Source: Thermoplasmata archaeon
GTDB lineage: Archaea; Thermoplasmatota; Thermoplasmata; Lutacidiplasmatales; UBA184
Assembly: GCA_022749935.1 (NCBI GenBank)
Contig: JAKIWQ010000001.1
Span: forward strand, 3,664 to 67,663
Length of the DNA stretch: 64,000 bases
Reading direction: 5' to 3'
The translations under genes were made by a program, and so were the position numbers. The notes below the pieces were generated by a model. The model made no database searches, had not been told where the DNA came from, and was given only the letters and a program-made list of their open reading frames with translations. Positions within the stretch are counted from its first letter, which is position 1, and each line of letters starts with the position of its first letter. Below, piece after piece: positions 17,984-30,038 of the stretch.

Positions 17984-18207
17984 GCCCCAGGCTACCGTTC
18001 CCACGCAGGGAGCCCGAGCGGACCGCCGAGATGGGTCTCTCGCTGGCCGTTGCTCCGGATGCGGCGAGGAGTGGTGGACGTACGGTCGGTCGTTCGAGAC
18101 GCCCCCCCGGAACTCCCACGGAGCTCACGAACGGGCGAAGAGGGTGTCGGAGCTTCTACGACCGCTCAGGCCGGCGAGGAGGAGTGGTTGCGGATGGGGA
18201 AGTTGCG

Positions 18208-18280
18208 AGCCGCGGGAGGGATTTGAACCCTCGGCCTGCTCCTTACCAAGGAGCCGCTCTGCCAGCTGAGCCACCGCGGC
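18208..18280 (-). tRNA. tRNA-Thr(GGT)
   Basis: GCCGCGG...GCTCC-TTGGTAA-GGAGC...GAGGG-TTCAAAT-CCCTC-CCGCGGCT cloverleaf. Confidence 0.95.
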
Positions 18281-18281
18281 G

Positions 18282-19184
18282 TCAGTCCCGACCCGACCCG
18301 TCGTCCCTCTTCCGCTTTCCGCTGGGGGTCGAGGCGCCAGGAGCATCGGGTGGTTCGCCCCAGGGAAACCCGAGCGAGGATTCGCTCCAGCCCGAGCGAT
18401 CTCGAGCCGCGAGGGGCTTCTTCTCGAGAAACGCTTGCATGCCTTCCCGCTGGTCGCGGGTCCCGAACAGTCGGCTCCAGAGGTCGAGTTCGTAGTCGAG
18501 CGCCGCGTCGAGCGAGGGGTCGGCGGCCCGCAAGATCTCATACTTCGACGCGGCGAGCGCCAACGCCGGCTTACCCGCCAGCTCGACTCCGAACTCTACG
18601 GCGGTTCGCAGGAGGTCTTCTCGAGGAACGATCCGCTCGACCCAGCCGTCCGCGTGGGCCTCCGCGGCGGAGACCGGACGGCCGGTGTAGATCCATCGGC
18701 GCGCCTTGGCGACCCCGATGCGTCGGGGCAGGCGCTGCGAACCTCCCCATCCGGGCGTCACCCCGAGGTTGATCTCCGGTTGACCGAAGAGGGCATCGGG
18801 GCTGGCGAGAACGAAGTCGCACGCGAGAGCGACCTCGCAGCCGCCCCCGAGGCACACCCCGTGGACCGCAGCGATCACCGGGAGAGGGAGTCGCTCGATT
18901 CGTCGCGTGACCGCCTGACCGCGGGACCCGTGCACCCGGGCCTCGTCCGGGCCCATCCGGGCCATCTCGCGAATGTCGGCTCCCGCGGCGAACGCCTTCT
19001 CGGCCGCGCTCGCGAGGACGACCACTCGGACCCGAGGGTCCGCCTCGGCCTCCTCCAGCCGCTTCAGCAGGGCCTCGAGGACGGCTCGAGAGAGCACGTT
19101 CACGGGCGGGTGGTCGAGGGTGAGGACGAGGACGGCTCCCGTCCGTTCGGATCGGACGAGCGGACGAGCGACTTCGGTCGACAT
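18282..19184 (-). CDS. Enoyl-CoA hydratase/isomerase
   Basis: AFAAGADI, GGGCEVALACD, FGQPEINLG, EGMQAFLEK. Confidence 0.93.
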   Translation of the reverse strand: MSTEVARPLVRSERTGAVLVLTLDHPPVNVLSRAVLEALLKRLEEAEADPRVRVVVLASAAEKAFAAGADIREMARMGPDEARVHGSRGQAVTRRIERLPLPVIAAVHGVCLGGGCEVALACDFVLASPDALFGQPEINLGVTPGWGGSQRLPRRIGVAKARRWIYTGRPVSAAEAHADGWVERIVPREDLLRTAVEFGVELAGKPALALAASKYEILRAADPSLDAALDYELDLWSRLFGTRDQREGMQAFLEKKPLAARDRSGWSESSLGFPWGEPPDAPGASTPSGKRKRDDGSGRD

Positions 19185-19311
19185 GCCGAGCGCCGACCCG
19201 AGCCGGGCTATTTATGCGCGGTGGCTTGCACGTCTCCGTGACGGAACCGCTCCCTCTACGACGCAGGACGTGGTCCGCCGGCGAGCCGGGGCGCTCCCGC
19301 CCGGGAGGACT

Positions 19312-20358
19312 GTGACGCCCACATTGGTCACCACCTGGTTCGGGGCCTTTCTCATCGAGGGTGAGACGGTGGTCCGAGCCGTCCCCTCCCCGCTCGACCC
19401 CGAGGCCCTCGGCGACCGGGCTCAGCGACGACGGGCGGGCGGGTTGACCCCCGAGGAGGATACTCTGTTGGGGGAGCGCGGATCCGCGGAATGGGTGACG
19501 CGCGATCGACGGGTCGCGGAACGCGGGGTTCGCTTCGACCCCACGGCGGAGGAAGCCATCGACCCCTCGGGCTCCGGAATCGACGGTACGCTCCAGCGTC
19601 GTTTGCTCCTCCTCGAGGCGGAACGGGCGCTCGAGGTCGAGTGGGACCCGAGCATCCACGTCCAGGAGGCCGTGCGGGCGGCCGCCGACCTCGACCGAGT
19701 GCGAAACCTCATCGGCGAACGTCTCGGAACGTGGGTCTCTCGGGACCGGCCGGACGTCGATCCGGGCGACCACGACCGGGCGGCGCGCGAGGCGATGACC
19801 CCCGTCGACGCCTCGACCCTGGGCCCCCGGGACCCGTCGCTCGCCGAGGCACGGCGCAAGTTGGCCGAACTCTTCCGGGCCGTCGAGGGGACTCGGTTCG
19901 CCCTGACGCACGCGATCGAGGTGACGTCACCAGGGAGCGCTCCGAACGTAGCGTCGCTCCTCGGCCCCGAGTTATCCGCGCGGATGATCGCTCAGGCGGG
20001 TGGCCTGGACCGGCTGGCACGGCTCCCCTCGAGCACCGTCCAAGTTCTGGGAGCGGAGCGGGCTTTCTTCGAGCACCTCCGCGGACGGGCCCCCCCGCCC
20101 CGCCACGGGCTCCTCTTCCTCCATCCCGCGATCCAATCCGCGCCGAAGTCCGAGCGGGGGAAGCTGGCCCGGGCCCTCGCGGGGAAGGTGTCCATCGCCG
20201 CCCGGCTGGACGTGGGGCGGGCCCCCATCCACCCCGAGCTCGCCCAAGCGTTCGACGCGCGACGCGGGGCGCTTAAGGCACGCCGTGGGGCCCCGCGCAC
20301 CGCACGGAAGGACCGCCGTTCAGGCCTTCCACTTGACCGTGCAGCCCGAGACCGTTAG
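19312..20358 (+). CDS. nop5: C/D-box sRNP protein Nop5/Nop58 homologue
   Basis: LVTTWFG N-terminus after GGAGG; Nop domain APNVASLLG, PSSTVQVLGAERAFF, PRHGLLF, RGKLARALAGK. Confidence 0.85.
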   Translation: MTPTLVTTWFGAFLIEGETVVRAVPSPLDPEALGDRAQRRRAGGLTPEEDTLLGERGSAEWVTRDRRVAERGVRFDPTAEEAIDPSGSGIDGTLQRRLLLLEAERALEVEWDPSIHVQEAVRAAADLDRVRNLIGERLGTWVSRDRPDVDPGDHDRAAREAMTPVDASTLGPRDPSLAEARRKLAELFRAVEGTRFALTHAIEVTSPGSAPNVASLLGPELSARMIAQAGGLDRLARLPSSTVQVLGAERAFFEHLRGRAPPPRHGLLFLHPAIQSAPKSERGKLARALAGKVSIAARLDVGRAPIHPELAQAFDARRGALKARRGAPRTARKDRRSGLPLDRAARDR

Positions 20359-20871
20359 CTCCGCGGGCGTGACCGGGCGGTTCGCGAGGGCTTGGTCGAG
20401 GGCCCGCTCCAGGTACCGCTCGGTCACCCGTTCGGGATGCTGATGGTCGTTGTCGATGCGGCCCTGGTAGAGGAGCTTTCGGTCGCGTCCGAAGAGCAGT
20501 GGATGGGGCGTCACCAGCGCCCCGTACGCGTGCGCGACCGCCTGGGACTCGTCCACGAGGTAGGGGAAGGGGTAGCCTTTCTGCTGGGCTCGGAGGACCA
20601 TCGCATCGAGGCGGTCTTCGGGATAGGCGCGGGCGTCGTTGGAGTTGATGAGCACGACTCCGAGGCCGCGGGACTCGTACCGTCGGCCCAGGTCGATCAT
20701 CCGACCCTCCCACGCCTGGACGTAGGGGCAGTGGTTGCACCAGAACACGACGGCGAGGTACGGATACCGTTCGAAGTCGGCTAGGCGGTACGTCCTCCCG
20801 TCCACCCCCGGGAGCTCGAAGTCCGGGGCGCGGTCTCCGGGATGCAACGTGTACTGACCCAATTCCGCCAT
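20320..20871 (-). CDS. Thioredoxin-fold AhpC/TSA-like protein
   Basis: APDFELPG, CNHCPYV, YQGRID, GCTVKW. Confidence 0.92.
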   Translation of the reverse strand: MAELGQYTLHPGDRAPDFELPGVDGRTYRLADFERYPYLAVVFWCNHCPYVQAWEGRMIDLGRRYESRGLGVVLINSNDARAYPEDRLDAMVLRAQQKGYPFPYLVDESQAVAHAYGALVTPHPLLFGRDRKLLYQGRIDNDHQHPERVTERYLERALDQALANRPVTPAELTVSGCTVKWKA

Positions 20872-20940
20872 GGGCCGCCGAGCGGCCGATGACCATTAGT
20901 CTATGCGCCGGCCGTCCCTCCACGGCCGAGGAGCTGCCCC

Positions 20941-21612
20941 GTGCCGAACGCGTGGGAGGTACGGATCGACCCCTCCGGGCCGCTGGACGGCGCTCTCGCG
21001 ACCCAGGAGGCGCTCCTGGGTCGGGGAGGTCTCGCCGTTCACGTGGCGGCGGTCCAGACGACGGTCCTCTCCTACGGGGTCGGGATCTCGGCGGACGCTC
21101 CGTTCGTGCGGCACGCGGAGGCTCTCGGGGTCCGAGCGGTCCGACGTTCCTCCGGCGGGGCCGGAGTAGTTCACCTGGCTGGCGACTTGGTGTGGGGAGT
21201 CGTCCTCCCGCGGACCGACCCTCGGGTGGGCCGCGACTTCGTGCGGGCCGCCCCCCGGTTCGGGGCCGGCCTCATCCGCGCGCTCGCCGCCCGCGGGCTT
21301 CGGTCGACCTGGGTCCCAGCCCCTGGCCTTTCGGAAGACTGCTGTCCCCTGGGGAGGCTCGGTCACGTCCTCGAGGTCGGTGGAGGGATCGTCGCGGCCG
21401 TCGCCCAGCACGTCAACCGACAGGCCTTGCTCCACCAGGGGACCCTTTCCCGGTCGGTCGATCGAGCCCTCCTGACGGAGCTCTTCGCCTTCGTCGACCC
21501 CTCAGTCGCGGACCGGCTCACCGGAGTGAGAGAGTGCGGGGTCGAGGCGCCGGCCGCCGAGCTCGCCGGGGAAGTCGCCGCAGGTCTGGTCGCCGCGTTG
21601 GACGCCCGATAG
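20941..21612 (+). CDS. Lipoate-protein ligase A family catalytic domain (divergent)
   Basis: VRRSSGGAGVVH, AQ...LLHQGTL. Confidence 0.75.
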   Translation: MPNAWEVRIDPSGPLDGALATQEALLGRGGLAVHVAAVQTTVLSYGVGISADAPFVRHAEALGVRAVRRSSGGAGVVHLAGDLVWGVVLPRTDPRVGRDFVRAAPRFGAGLIRALAARGLRSTWVPAPGLSEDCCPLGRLGHVLEVGGGIVAAVAQHVNRQALLHQGTLSRSVDRALLTELFAFVDPSVADRLTGVRECGVEAPAAELAGEVAAGLVAALDAR

Positions 21613-21622
21613 GACCCCGAGG

Positions 21623-22939
21623 CTACTTCGGGCGCGCGGACCAGAGCGTATCGGCCGCGGATTCGAGCCCGCGGCGGATGGCCTCCCAGTCGCCGCGGAC
21701 CAGTCGGCGGTGGTCGACCACGCACGTCCCGTCCACGTAGACCGATTCGATGGCCTCCTCAGCAGCCGAGTACGCGAGGTGGGAGACCAGGACCTCCGGT
21801 CGAGCGGGCTGCAGCGTGGGATGATCGAGCCGGACGAGCGAGAAGTCGGCCTGCTTGCCGACCTCGATCGACCCGATCGCGTCGGCGCGGCCGAGCGCGC
21901 GGGCCCCTTCGATCGTGGCGAGGTCGAGGAGCTGCTGGGCCGGAAGGACGGTCGCGTCCCAATGGTGGTTCTTCTGGACCAGGCCCGCGAGGTGCATTTC
22001 CCGGAGCATCGAGAGCGAGTTGTTCGAGGCGACCGAGTCGGTCCCGAGTCCCACGGCTGCTCCCGCGGCCCTCAGTTCGACGATCGGCGCGACCCCTCCA
22101 GAAGCGAGCTTCAGATTCGAGCTCGCACAGTGGGCGACGGCGACGCCCGCCTGGGCGAGGCGGGTGATCTCCCCACCGGTCAACCACACCGCATGGGCGG
22201 CGACCTGGCCCGGGCCGAGAAAGCCGATCTCGCCGAGCCAGTCGGCGGGGCGACGGCCCGTCTTGGCTTCGTGTTCGGAGACCTCCCGACGGGTCTCCGA
22301 GAGGTGGTAGTGGACGAGGGTCTTTTCCCGAACGGCGAGGTCCCTGGCCCCCAGCCAGGAATCCGCGCCGCAGACGTAGACTCCCTGGGGAGCGACGAGC
22401 GGCACGACCCGGGAGTGGTCGCGCCAGCGCGCGATGAATCCCGCGGCGTTGTCCAGGGGTCGACCTTGCTGGGTCGTCATCTCGGGGTCGAGGACCGCCC
22501 ACCCGAGGAATCCCCGGGCGCCGAGGGCCTCGACCGCCCGGGCGACGGCGTCCTGGAAGTAGTAGAGGTCGAGGAACGAGGTCGTTCCCCCGAGGAGCAT
22601 CTCGGCGATTCCCGCGCGCGCGCCCGCTTCCACGTCCGCCTCGGTGCGGTGCGCGTCCACCGCGAACAACGTCTCGAGGAACCCCGCGAGTTCCCGGTCG
22701 TCCGCGATCCCGCGGAGCGGATGCATCGCGACGTGCGTGTGGAGGTTCACGAAGCCGGGGACCAGGGCGACGCCCGACGCGTCCACGACCTCCGCCCCTT
22801 CGCCGGGGGCGCGGGGTCCTACGTGGGTGAACCGACCCCCCTCGACGCGAACGTCCGCCCGCACCACGCGGCGCGTGGCGTCCTGGGTGACGACGAGGGC
22901 GTTCCGGAAGACCCGCGGGGCCGCGTGGGCCTCCGACAT
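21623..22939 (-). CDS. Amidohydrolase (MTA/SAH deaminase family)
   Basis: PGFVNLHTH, HYHLSET, SNLKLASG, GLGTDS, GSIEVGKQAD. Confidence 0.9.
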   Translation of the reverse strand: MSEAHAAPRVFRNALVVTQDATRRVVRADVRVEGGRFTHVGPRAPGEGAEVVDASGVALVPGFVNLHTHVAMHPLRGIADDRELAGFLETLFAVDAHRTEADVEAGARAGIAEMLLGGTTSFLDLYYFQDAVARAVEALGARGFLGWAVLDPEMTTQQGRPLDNAAGFIARWRDHSRVVPLVAPQGVYVCGADSWLGARDLAVREKTLVHYHLSETRREVSEHEAKTGRRPADWLGEIGFLGPGQVAAHAVWLTGGEITRLAQAGVAVAHCASSNLKLASGGVAPIVELRAAGAAVGLGTDSVASNNSLSMLREMHLAGLVQKNHHWDATVLPAQQLLDLATIEGARALGRADAIGSIEVGKQADFSLVRLDHPTLQPARPEVLVSHLAYSAAEEAIESVYVDGTCVVDHRRLVRGDWEAIRRGLESAADTLWSARPK

Positions 22940-23937
22940 CACGGAGGCCCCGCCGGGGGCGCCGAACTCAGCCGCTCTTCGGCCGCCGGAGTGTCCACCA
23001 CCGACGGCTGGATCTCGGGGAGGTCCTTGAGGCCCTCCCTCGTCCGGGCCTCGATCGACCCGATCTCCCGGAGCATCGCCCGGACCCAGGAGCGGCTGAA
23101 CACGATCGCGAACGGTGCGACCGCCAGCACGGCCAGGATCACGTCGATCCAAAGGCCCGGGACCCACCCGGCGCTGGGCATTCCGAGGATGGTCGCCGCG
23201 GTGTTCGGGATGAGGACGACCGCGCTCACGAGCGCGAGGATGAGGGCGACGTAGGCGATCCCGAGCATCCGGATGTTCGAGATGTTGGCGACGGCCGCGA
23301 TCTGGTTGGAGACCGAGCCGAGCCGGTTGGTCGCCTCCGACAGACGGTTGGATTCGGCCGCGTTGCGGAGCGCGAGGAGGTCCCGGATCGACTGGCCGAG
23401 CCCGTTCGAGAACTCATCGAGGTGGGAGAGCTCGGCTTGCACCCGAGGCAGGGCCTTCGCGAGACCCGGGAACCGTTCTCCCAGGGGCCCGTCCAATTCC
23501 TCGACGGCGATCGAGAACCGTCCGATCGCCTCCCGCAACACGCGGAAGGTCCGGTGAAGGCCGCCGAGCTCGCGGATGGGAACGGTCTCCCACTTCGCCT
23601 CGACGCCATCGACCCGTTCCGCGAGGGACTCGAGTCGCTCGATGTAGGACCGGGCGGCGGCCTGGAACAGGTTCACGAGCTCGGCCGTAGGTCCGGAGAG
23701 GCGCAGCCCTTCGGCGAGGAGGCTCGACGCCGCTCGGGGTCCGATCCAACGGATTCCTTCTTTGGAGACCCAGACTCCGTGGGCCGTCGAGCGGCCGGCG
23801 GGGTCGAAGGTCGAGAGAAGGAGCACCGTTCCCGCGGCTCCGTGGAGGACCGGGCGGGAGGGGAGCTTCTCCGTGGGGTGGCCCACCGCGCGCAGCGCGT
23901 CGGCGACCGTTGCTTCCCCGTCGAGCGAGTCTGCCAC
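22939..23937 (-). CDS. Divergent CorA/ZntB-like membrane protein
   Basis: Long helical stalk followed by two C-terminal TM helices with NTAATILGMP at the GMN position. Confidence 0.55.
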   Translation of the reverse strand: MADSLDGEATVADALRAVGHPTEKLPSRPVLHGAAGTVLLLSTFDPAGRSTAHGVWVSKEGIRWIGPRAASSLLAEGLRLSGPTAELVNLFQAAARSYIERLESLAERVDGVEAKWETVPIRELGGLHRTFRVLREAIGRFSIAVEELDGPLGERFPGLAKALPRVQAELSHLDEFSNGLGQSIRDLLALRNAAESNRLSEATNRLGSVSNQIAAVANISNIRMLGIAYVALILALVSAVVLIPNTAATILGMPSAGWVPGLWIDVILAVLAVAPFAIVFSRSWVRAMLREIGSIEARTREGLKDLPEIQPSVVDTPAAEERLSSAPPAGPP

Positions 23938-23947
23938 GCCACCCCGC

Positions 23948-25921
<1,974 letters not shown>

Positions 25922-26095
25922 TTGGGCCGGGGTGGAAAATCGACCCCTCCGGGACCCCCCTTTCGGCCGTCGGAAACCGACCCGGAACCGGGTCCGGGTA
26001 GGTCCGGTTCGGAGAAGGATTCCGGCCCGAGTTCCCGGAGGATTTGGTCGCGACAAGACCTAATAATGCGGGCTTCCTCCTCGGCGCCGGTGGGC

Positions 26096-26650
26096 ATGTC
26101 GGACGAAACGAGGGAGACCCCTCCCGAGGAACCTCCCCCCTCTCCCCCGACCGAGGCGACCCCGCCGTTGGTGGGCGGGTCCGAGGACTGGTCGACCCGG
26201 TACAAGTACCTCCTCGCGGACTTCGAGAACTTCCGTCGACGGACCGAGCGGGAGCGGGAATCGATCACCCGTCAGGCCCGCGGTGCCCTGATCCGCGAGC
26301 TTCTCCCCATCTTCGAGGCGTTCCGCGCAGCCCGCGCCGCGGTCGCGGGTCTCCCTTCCGCGGACCCGGTCCGCCACGGTCTCGAACTCCTGGACCGAGA
26401 GTGGACGACGTTCCTGAAACATGAGGGCGTCGAACCGATCGCCACGGTCGGACAGCCCTTCCGCCCCGAGGAGGAAGAGGCCGTGGGCGACGCCGTGCCC
26501 AGCGACTCGGTTCCTGCCGGGGCCGTCGCGGAGATCGTACAGCAGGGATACCGGTTCTTCGGCGGGATCCTCCGCCCCGCGAAGGTGATCGTCGCCCGGG
26601 CTTCGACGGAGGGGACGGCGGAGCTCGCGACCCCGGAGACCGCTCCATGA
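26096..26650 (+). CDS. grpE: Nucleotide exchange factor GrpE
   Basis: ADFENFRRR, GQPFRP, QQGY...LRPAKVIV. Confidence 0.92.
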   Translation: MSDETRETPPEEPPPSPPTEATPPLVGGSEDWSTRYKYLLADFENFRRRTERERESITRQARGALIRELLPIFEAFRAARAAVAGLPSADPVRHGLELLDREWTTFLKHEGVEPIATVGQPFRPEEEEAVGDAVPSDSVPAGAVAEIVQQGYRFFGGILRPAKVIVARASTEGTAELATPETAP

Positions 26651-27948
26651 ACGACTCTTCCGAGATCTCCGGATTTTACCGGAAGTCGATCGCGGAACGT
26701 CGGGCCGTCGCCCAGGAATGGGCGGGGCTCACCGAGCAGGAGGCCCGGGCGTGGGAGTTTCCGCCGGGGGTCGACCCCGGCACGTTTGACCGTATGATCG
26801 AGAACGTCATCGGCGTCATGCCGCTGCCGCTCGGGATCGCCACGAACTTCCGGATCAACGAGAAGGACTACCTCATCCCGATGGCGATCGAGGAGCCCAG
26901 CGTGGTCGCGGCGGCCTCGAACGCCGCCAAGGTGGCCCGGGGCGGAGGGGGGTTCTTTGCCCAATCGACCGATCCGGTGATGATCGGCCAGGTCCAGATT
27001 ATGGACGTTCACGACCCCTCCGCGGCGCGGCTCCGTATCCTCCACCACCGCGACGAGCTCCTCGCCGCGGCGAACGCGAAGGACCCCGTGCTGGTCAAGT
27101 TCGGGGGCGGCGCGAAAGACCTGGAGGTCCGGATCCTTCCTTCCCCCCGGGGCGTCATGGTGGTCGTCCACCTCCTCGTGGACGCGCGGGACGCCGGCGG
27201 GATGAACGCGGTGAACACGATGTGCGAGGCCCTGGCGCCGGAGCTCGCGCGCTTGGCCGGGGGTCGGTCGGTGTTACGCATCATCTCCAACCTGGCCATC
27301 CACCGGCTCGCCCGCGCTCGGGCTACGTTCCACGCCGACCAATTGAAGACGGAGACGATGACCGGCGCGGAGGTCGTGGACGGAATCCTGGACGCCTATG
27401 CGTTTGCGGTGGCCGACCCGTTCCGCTGCGCGACCCACAACAAGGGGATCATGAACGGGATCTCCAGTGTCGTGATCGCGACCGGGAATGACTACCGGGC
27501 GATCGAGAGCGGCGCCCACACGTTCGCGGCGTGGCAAGCCGCAACCGCCGGTGCCGTCGTCCGTCCGCTCACCACGTACGAGAAGGACCGGGACGGGAAC
27601 CTCGTGGGGACCATCGAATTCCCTGCCCCGGTCGGATTGATCGGAGGGGCCACAGCGGTCCACCCGACCGCGAAGGCGAACGTGAAGCTCCTGCGCCTCA
27701 AGTCGGCCCGCGAACTGGGGGAAGTGCTGGCCGCCGTCGGCCTGGCGCAGAATTTCTCGGCGCTCCGCGCGCTCGCCACCGAAGGGATCCAGCGGGGCCA
27801 CATGGAACTGCACGCCCGAAACCTCGCGGCGAGCGCCGGCGCCCGGCCCGACGAGGTCGACCGCGTGGTGGCCCGCCTGGTGAGCGAGCATGCCATCCGC
27901 TTCGACCGGGCGAAAGCCATCCTCGACGAGCTCCGGGCCGCGGGATGA
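26647..27948 (+). CDS. mvaA: Class II HMG-CoA reductase
   Basis: MIENVIG, EEPSVVAAAS, THNKGIMNG, GNDYRAIE, GIQRGHMELH. Confidence 0.94.
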   Translation: MNDSSEISGFYRKSIAERRAVAQEWAGLTEQEARAWEFPPGVDPGTFDRMIENVIGVMPLPLGIATNFRINEKDYLIPMAIEEPSVVAAASNAAKVARGGGGFFAQSTDPVMIGQVQIMDVHDPSAARLRILHHRDELLAAANAKDPVLVKFGGGAKDLEVRILPSPRGVMVVVHLLVDARDAGGMNAVNTMCEALAPELARLAGGRSVLRIISNLAIHRLARARATFHADQLKTETMTGAEVVDGILDAYAFAVADPFRCATHNKGIMNGISSVVIATGNDYRAIESGAHTFAAWQAATAGAVVRPLTTYEKDRDGNLVGTIEFPAPVGLIGGATAVHPTAKANVKLLRLKSARELGEVLAAVGLAQNFSALRALATEGIQRGHMELHARNLAASAGARPDEVDRVVARLVSEHAIRFDRAKAILDELRAAG

Positions 27949-28547
27949 AGGTCGGAGTCCTCGCCCTCCAAGGGGACGTTCCGGAGCACCTGCGCGCCCT
28001 CGAGGGCGTCCTGCCCAAAGGGTCGCTCGTCCCGGTGCGACGACCGGACGAGCTCTCGCATCTCGGTGCCCTCTTCCTGCCCGGAGGCGAGTCGACCACG
28101 ATCGCCCGTTTGCTGTCCGAGTCCGGACTCTGGACCGCCCTCGCGGCAAAACTCGCGGACGGCCTGCCGGTGCTCGCGACCTGCGCCGGCCTCATCCTCC
28201 TCGCTCGCGACCTCGCGCCGAGCGTGGGGGGTCAGGACCCTCCGACCTTTGGTCTGCTGGACGTCCGGGTCCGACGGAACGACTACGGCACGCAGCGCGA
28301 GTCGTTCGAAGCCGACGTGCGGGTAGAGGGGGTCGCCGGTCGGCCGTTCCCCGGCGTATTCATCCGGGCCCCGCGGATCCAGGCGGTCGGAGCCGATGCG
28401 CGACCGATCGCCTGGCGAGGCGAGGAAGTGGTCGGAGTGCGTGCAGGTCCGGTCTGGGGTCTGGCTTTCCATCCCGAGCTCTCCGGGGACCCCCGGATCC
28501 ACCAACTGTTCCTGCGGGCCGCGTCGCGCGCGCACTACCGCACGTAA
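27945..28547 (+). CDS. pdxT: PLP synthase glutaminase subunit
   Basis: GVLALQG, PGGESTT, TCAGLI, FIRAP, FHPEL. Confidence 0.95.
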   Translation: MKVGVLALQGDVPEHLRALEGVLPKGSLVPVRRPDELSHLGALFLPGGESTTIARLLSESGLWTALAAKLADGLPVLATCAGLILLARDLAPSVGGQDPPTFGLLDVRVRRNDYGTQRESFEADVRVEGVAGRPFPGVFIRAPRIQAVGADARPIAWRGEEVVGVRAGPVWGLAFHPELSGDPRIHQLFLRAASRAHYRT

Positions 28548-28942
28548 AGCGCCCAGATCACGAGGAGCAGGAGCGCGGCCCCGACCGCGGCCACCGCGAG
28601 CTTCGTCGTGGTCGGGACCGACTTCCAGCTTCCGAAGAAGACCGGGACGGGTCCGATCAGCACGAAACCGCCCACCTCCGCCGAAGGGACCTCCTCGCGC
28701 GCCCGGGCTGCGGGGGCACCGACCGGCCGCTCGACCGGTTCGGGCCAGGGAAGCGCGAGCGGCAGTGTCAGGAAACCCGCGAGCAGGAGGACGACCCCGC
28801 CCAGGAATTCGGCCGACGAGCCAAAAAAGATGGGCAGTACCACGAGGAGCGCTACCGACGCGGACCCTCGAACCAGAGAGTCTGCGATGAGGGCAGCCCC
28901 CGCCACGAACAGGGCCAGCGGGAGCAGCGCGGCGCGGCCCAT
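28535..28942 (-). CDS. DUF131-like archaeal membrane protein
   Basis: GGFVLIGPVPVFFGS signature. Confidence 0.8.
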   Translation of the reverse strand: MGRAALLPLALFVAGAALIADSLVRGSASVALLVVLPIFFGSSAEFLGGVVLLLAGFLTLPLALPWPEPVERPVGAPAARAREEVPSAEVGGFVLIGPVPVFFGSWKSVPTTTKLAVAAVGAALLLLVIWALYVR

Positions 28943-28985
28943 GCCCGGCGACACGTCGCTCCCGGGACAAGAGAATGCCGACGCG

Positions 28986-30011
28986 CTAGTGGTAGGTGTC
29001 GAACCGGTAGGGTTCGAGGGGGAGCTCGCCGAGAGCCATCAGGAATTCCGGCGGCGTGAGGACCGGCTTGGGGTAGTTCGGGCCATCGTCCAAGGCGATC
29101 CGCGGGCATGCCGTGTTCACGTACGCGTCGAGGGCTCTCCCCTCCAGGTCCCGGGGGTCGAGCCGGTCGAACGTGATGAGCTCCGCTTCCCGCCCTCGGG
29201 CACGGGCCCGTTCCTGCAGTGCAAGTGCCGTAGCCGAACGATTCTGCCCCCCGAACGTGGAGACCAGGATCCCCCACCGTCGAGCGTCGCGGACCGAGGC
29301 GACGGCCAGGAGACGTCGTCGGATGAGCCCGGCCCGGTCGATCGGCGGCTCGAGCACGTTCTGCAGGGGGTCGAGCGACCACACGGGGCGGTCGACGGCA
29401 AAGGCGAGGCCTATCGGGTGGAACCGGCCCGTACCGAGAAAGACAAACCCTTCGACCTCTCCGGCCACCGCCTCCGCCCCGGTGTAGTTACAGCCGAGGG
29501 CCTGGGCCGCGTAGGCGAGGCGTCGGTCGCCCCGCTCGATCCGCACGTGATAGCCCCGCCGGCGCAGTTCCTCCGAGAGCGGCGACACCAGGTCGAGGTG
29601 CTGGACCGATGCGACCAGTCCGAGCTGATGCGGTAGGTGGGCGCCGTCGATCAGGTCCGCGAGCGCCCCGGGGTCCCCGCCGGGTTCTCGCATTTCTACG
29701 AAGTACGTAGGGCGGGGGAGCGAGACGTTCGGGATCGGGGCATGCCCGAGGACCACGGCGACGTCCGCGCGGGGCGCCTCATCCTTCGAGGGGAAGTCGC
29801 ACGCGCCGAAGCAGGGACGTGCCCCCAGCACCACGGTGGCACCCGTCTCGGACCGGATCCGGTCGACGAGTTCGGTGGCGTTCCGGACGAGCCCCGCGGG
29901 CACCTGGAGGATGATCCGCCGGGGGTGGGCTTCCCGGAGCGCCTCGAACAACTCCGGGCCGACCCGGGGAAAGACCCATGCGTCCTCGGCCGGATGCGTC
30001 GTCTCCCCCAT
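28986..30011 (-). CDS. dph2: Diphthamide biosynthesis enzyme Dph2
   Basis: LQVPAGL, CFGACD, QALGC, NTACPRI (Fe-S cysteines). Confidence 0.93.
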   Translation of the reverse strand: MGETTHPAEDAWVFPRVGPELFEALREAHPRRIILQVPAGLVRNATELVDRIRSETGATVVLGARPCFGACDFPSKDEAPRADVAVVLGHAPIPNVSLPRPTYFVEMREPGGDPGALADLIDGAHLPHQLGLVASVQHLDLVSPLSEELRRRGYHVRIERGDRRLAYAAQALGCNYTGAEAVAGEVEGFVFLGTGRFHPIGLAFAVDRPVWSLDPLQNVLEPPIDRAGLIRRRLLAVASVRDARRWGILVSTFGGQNRSATALALQERARARGREAELITFDRLDPRDLEGRALDAYVNTACPRIALDDGPNYPKPVLTPPEFLMALGELPLEPYRFDTYH

Positions 30012-30038
30012 ACGGGGTTGCCGAGCCGGAGGAGGCGG

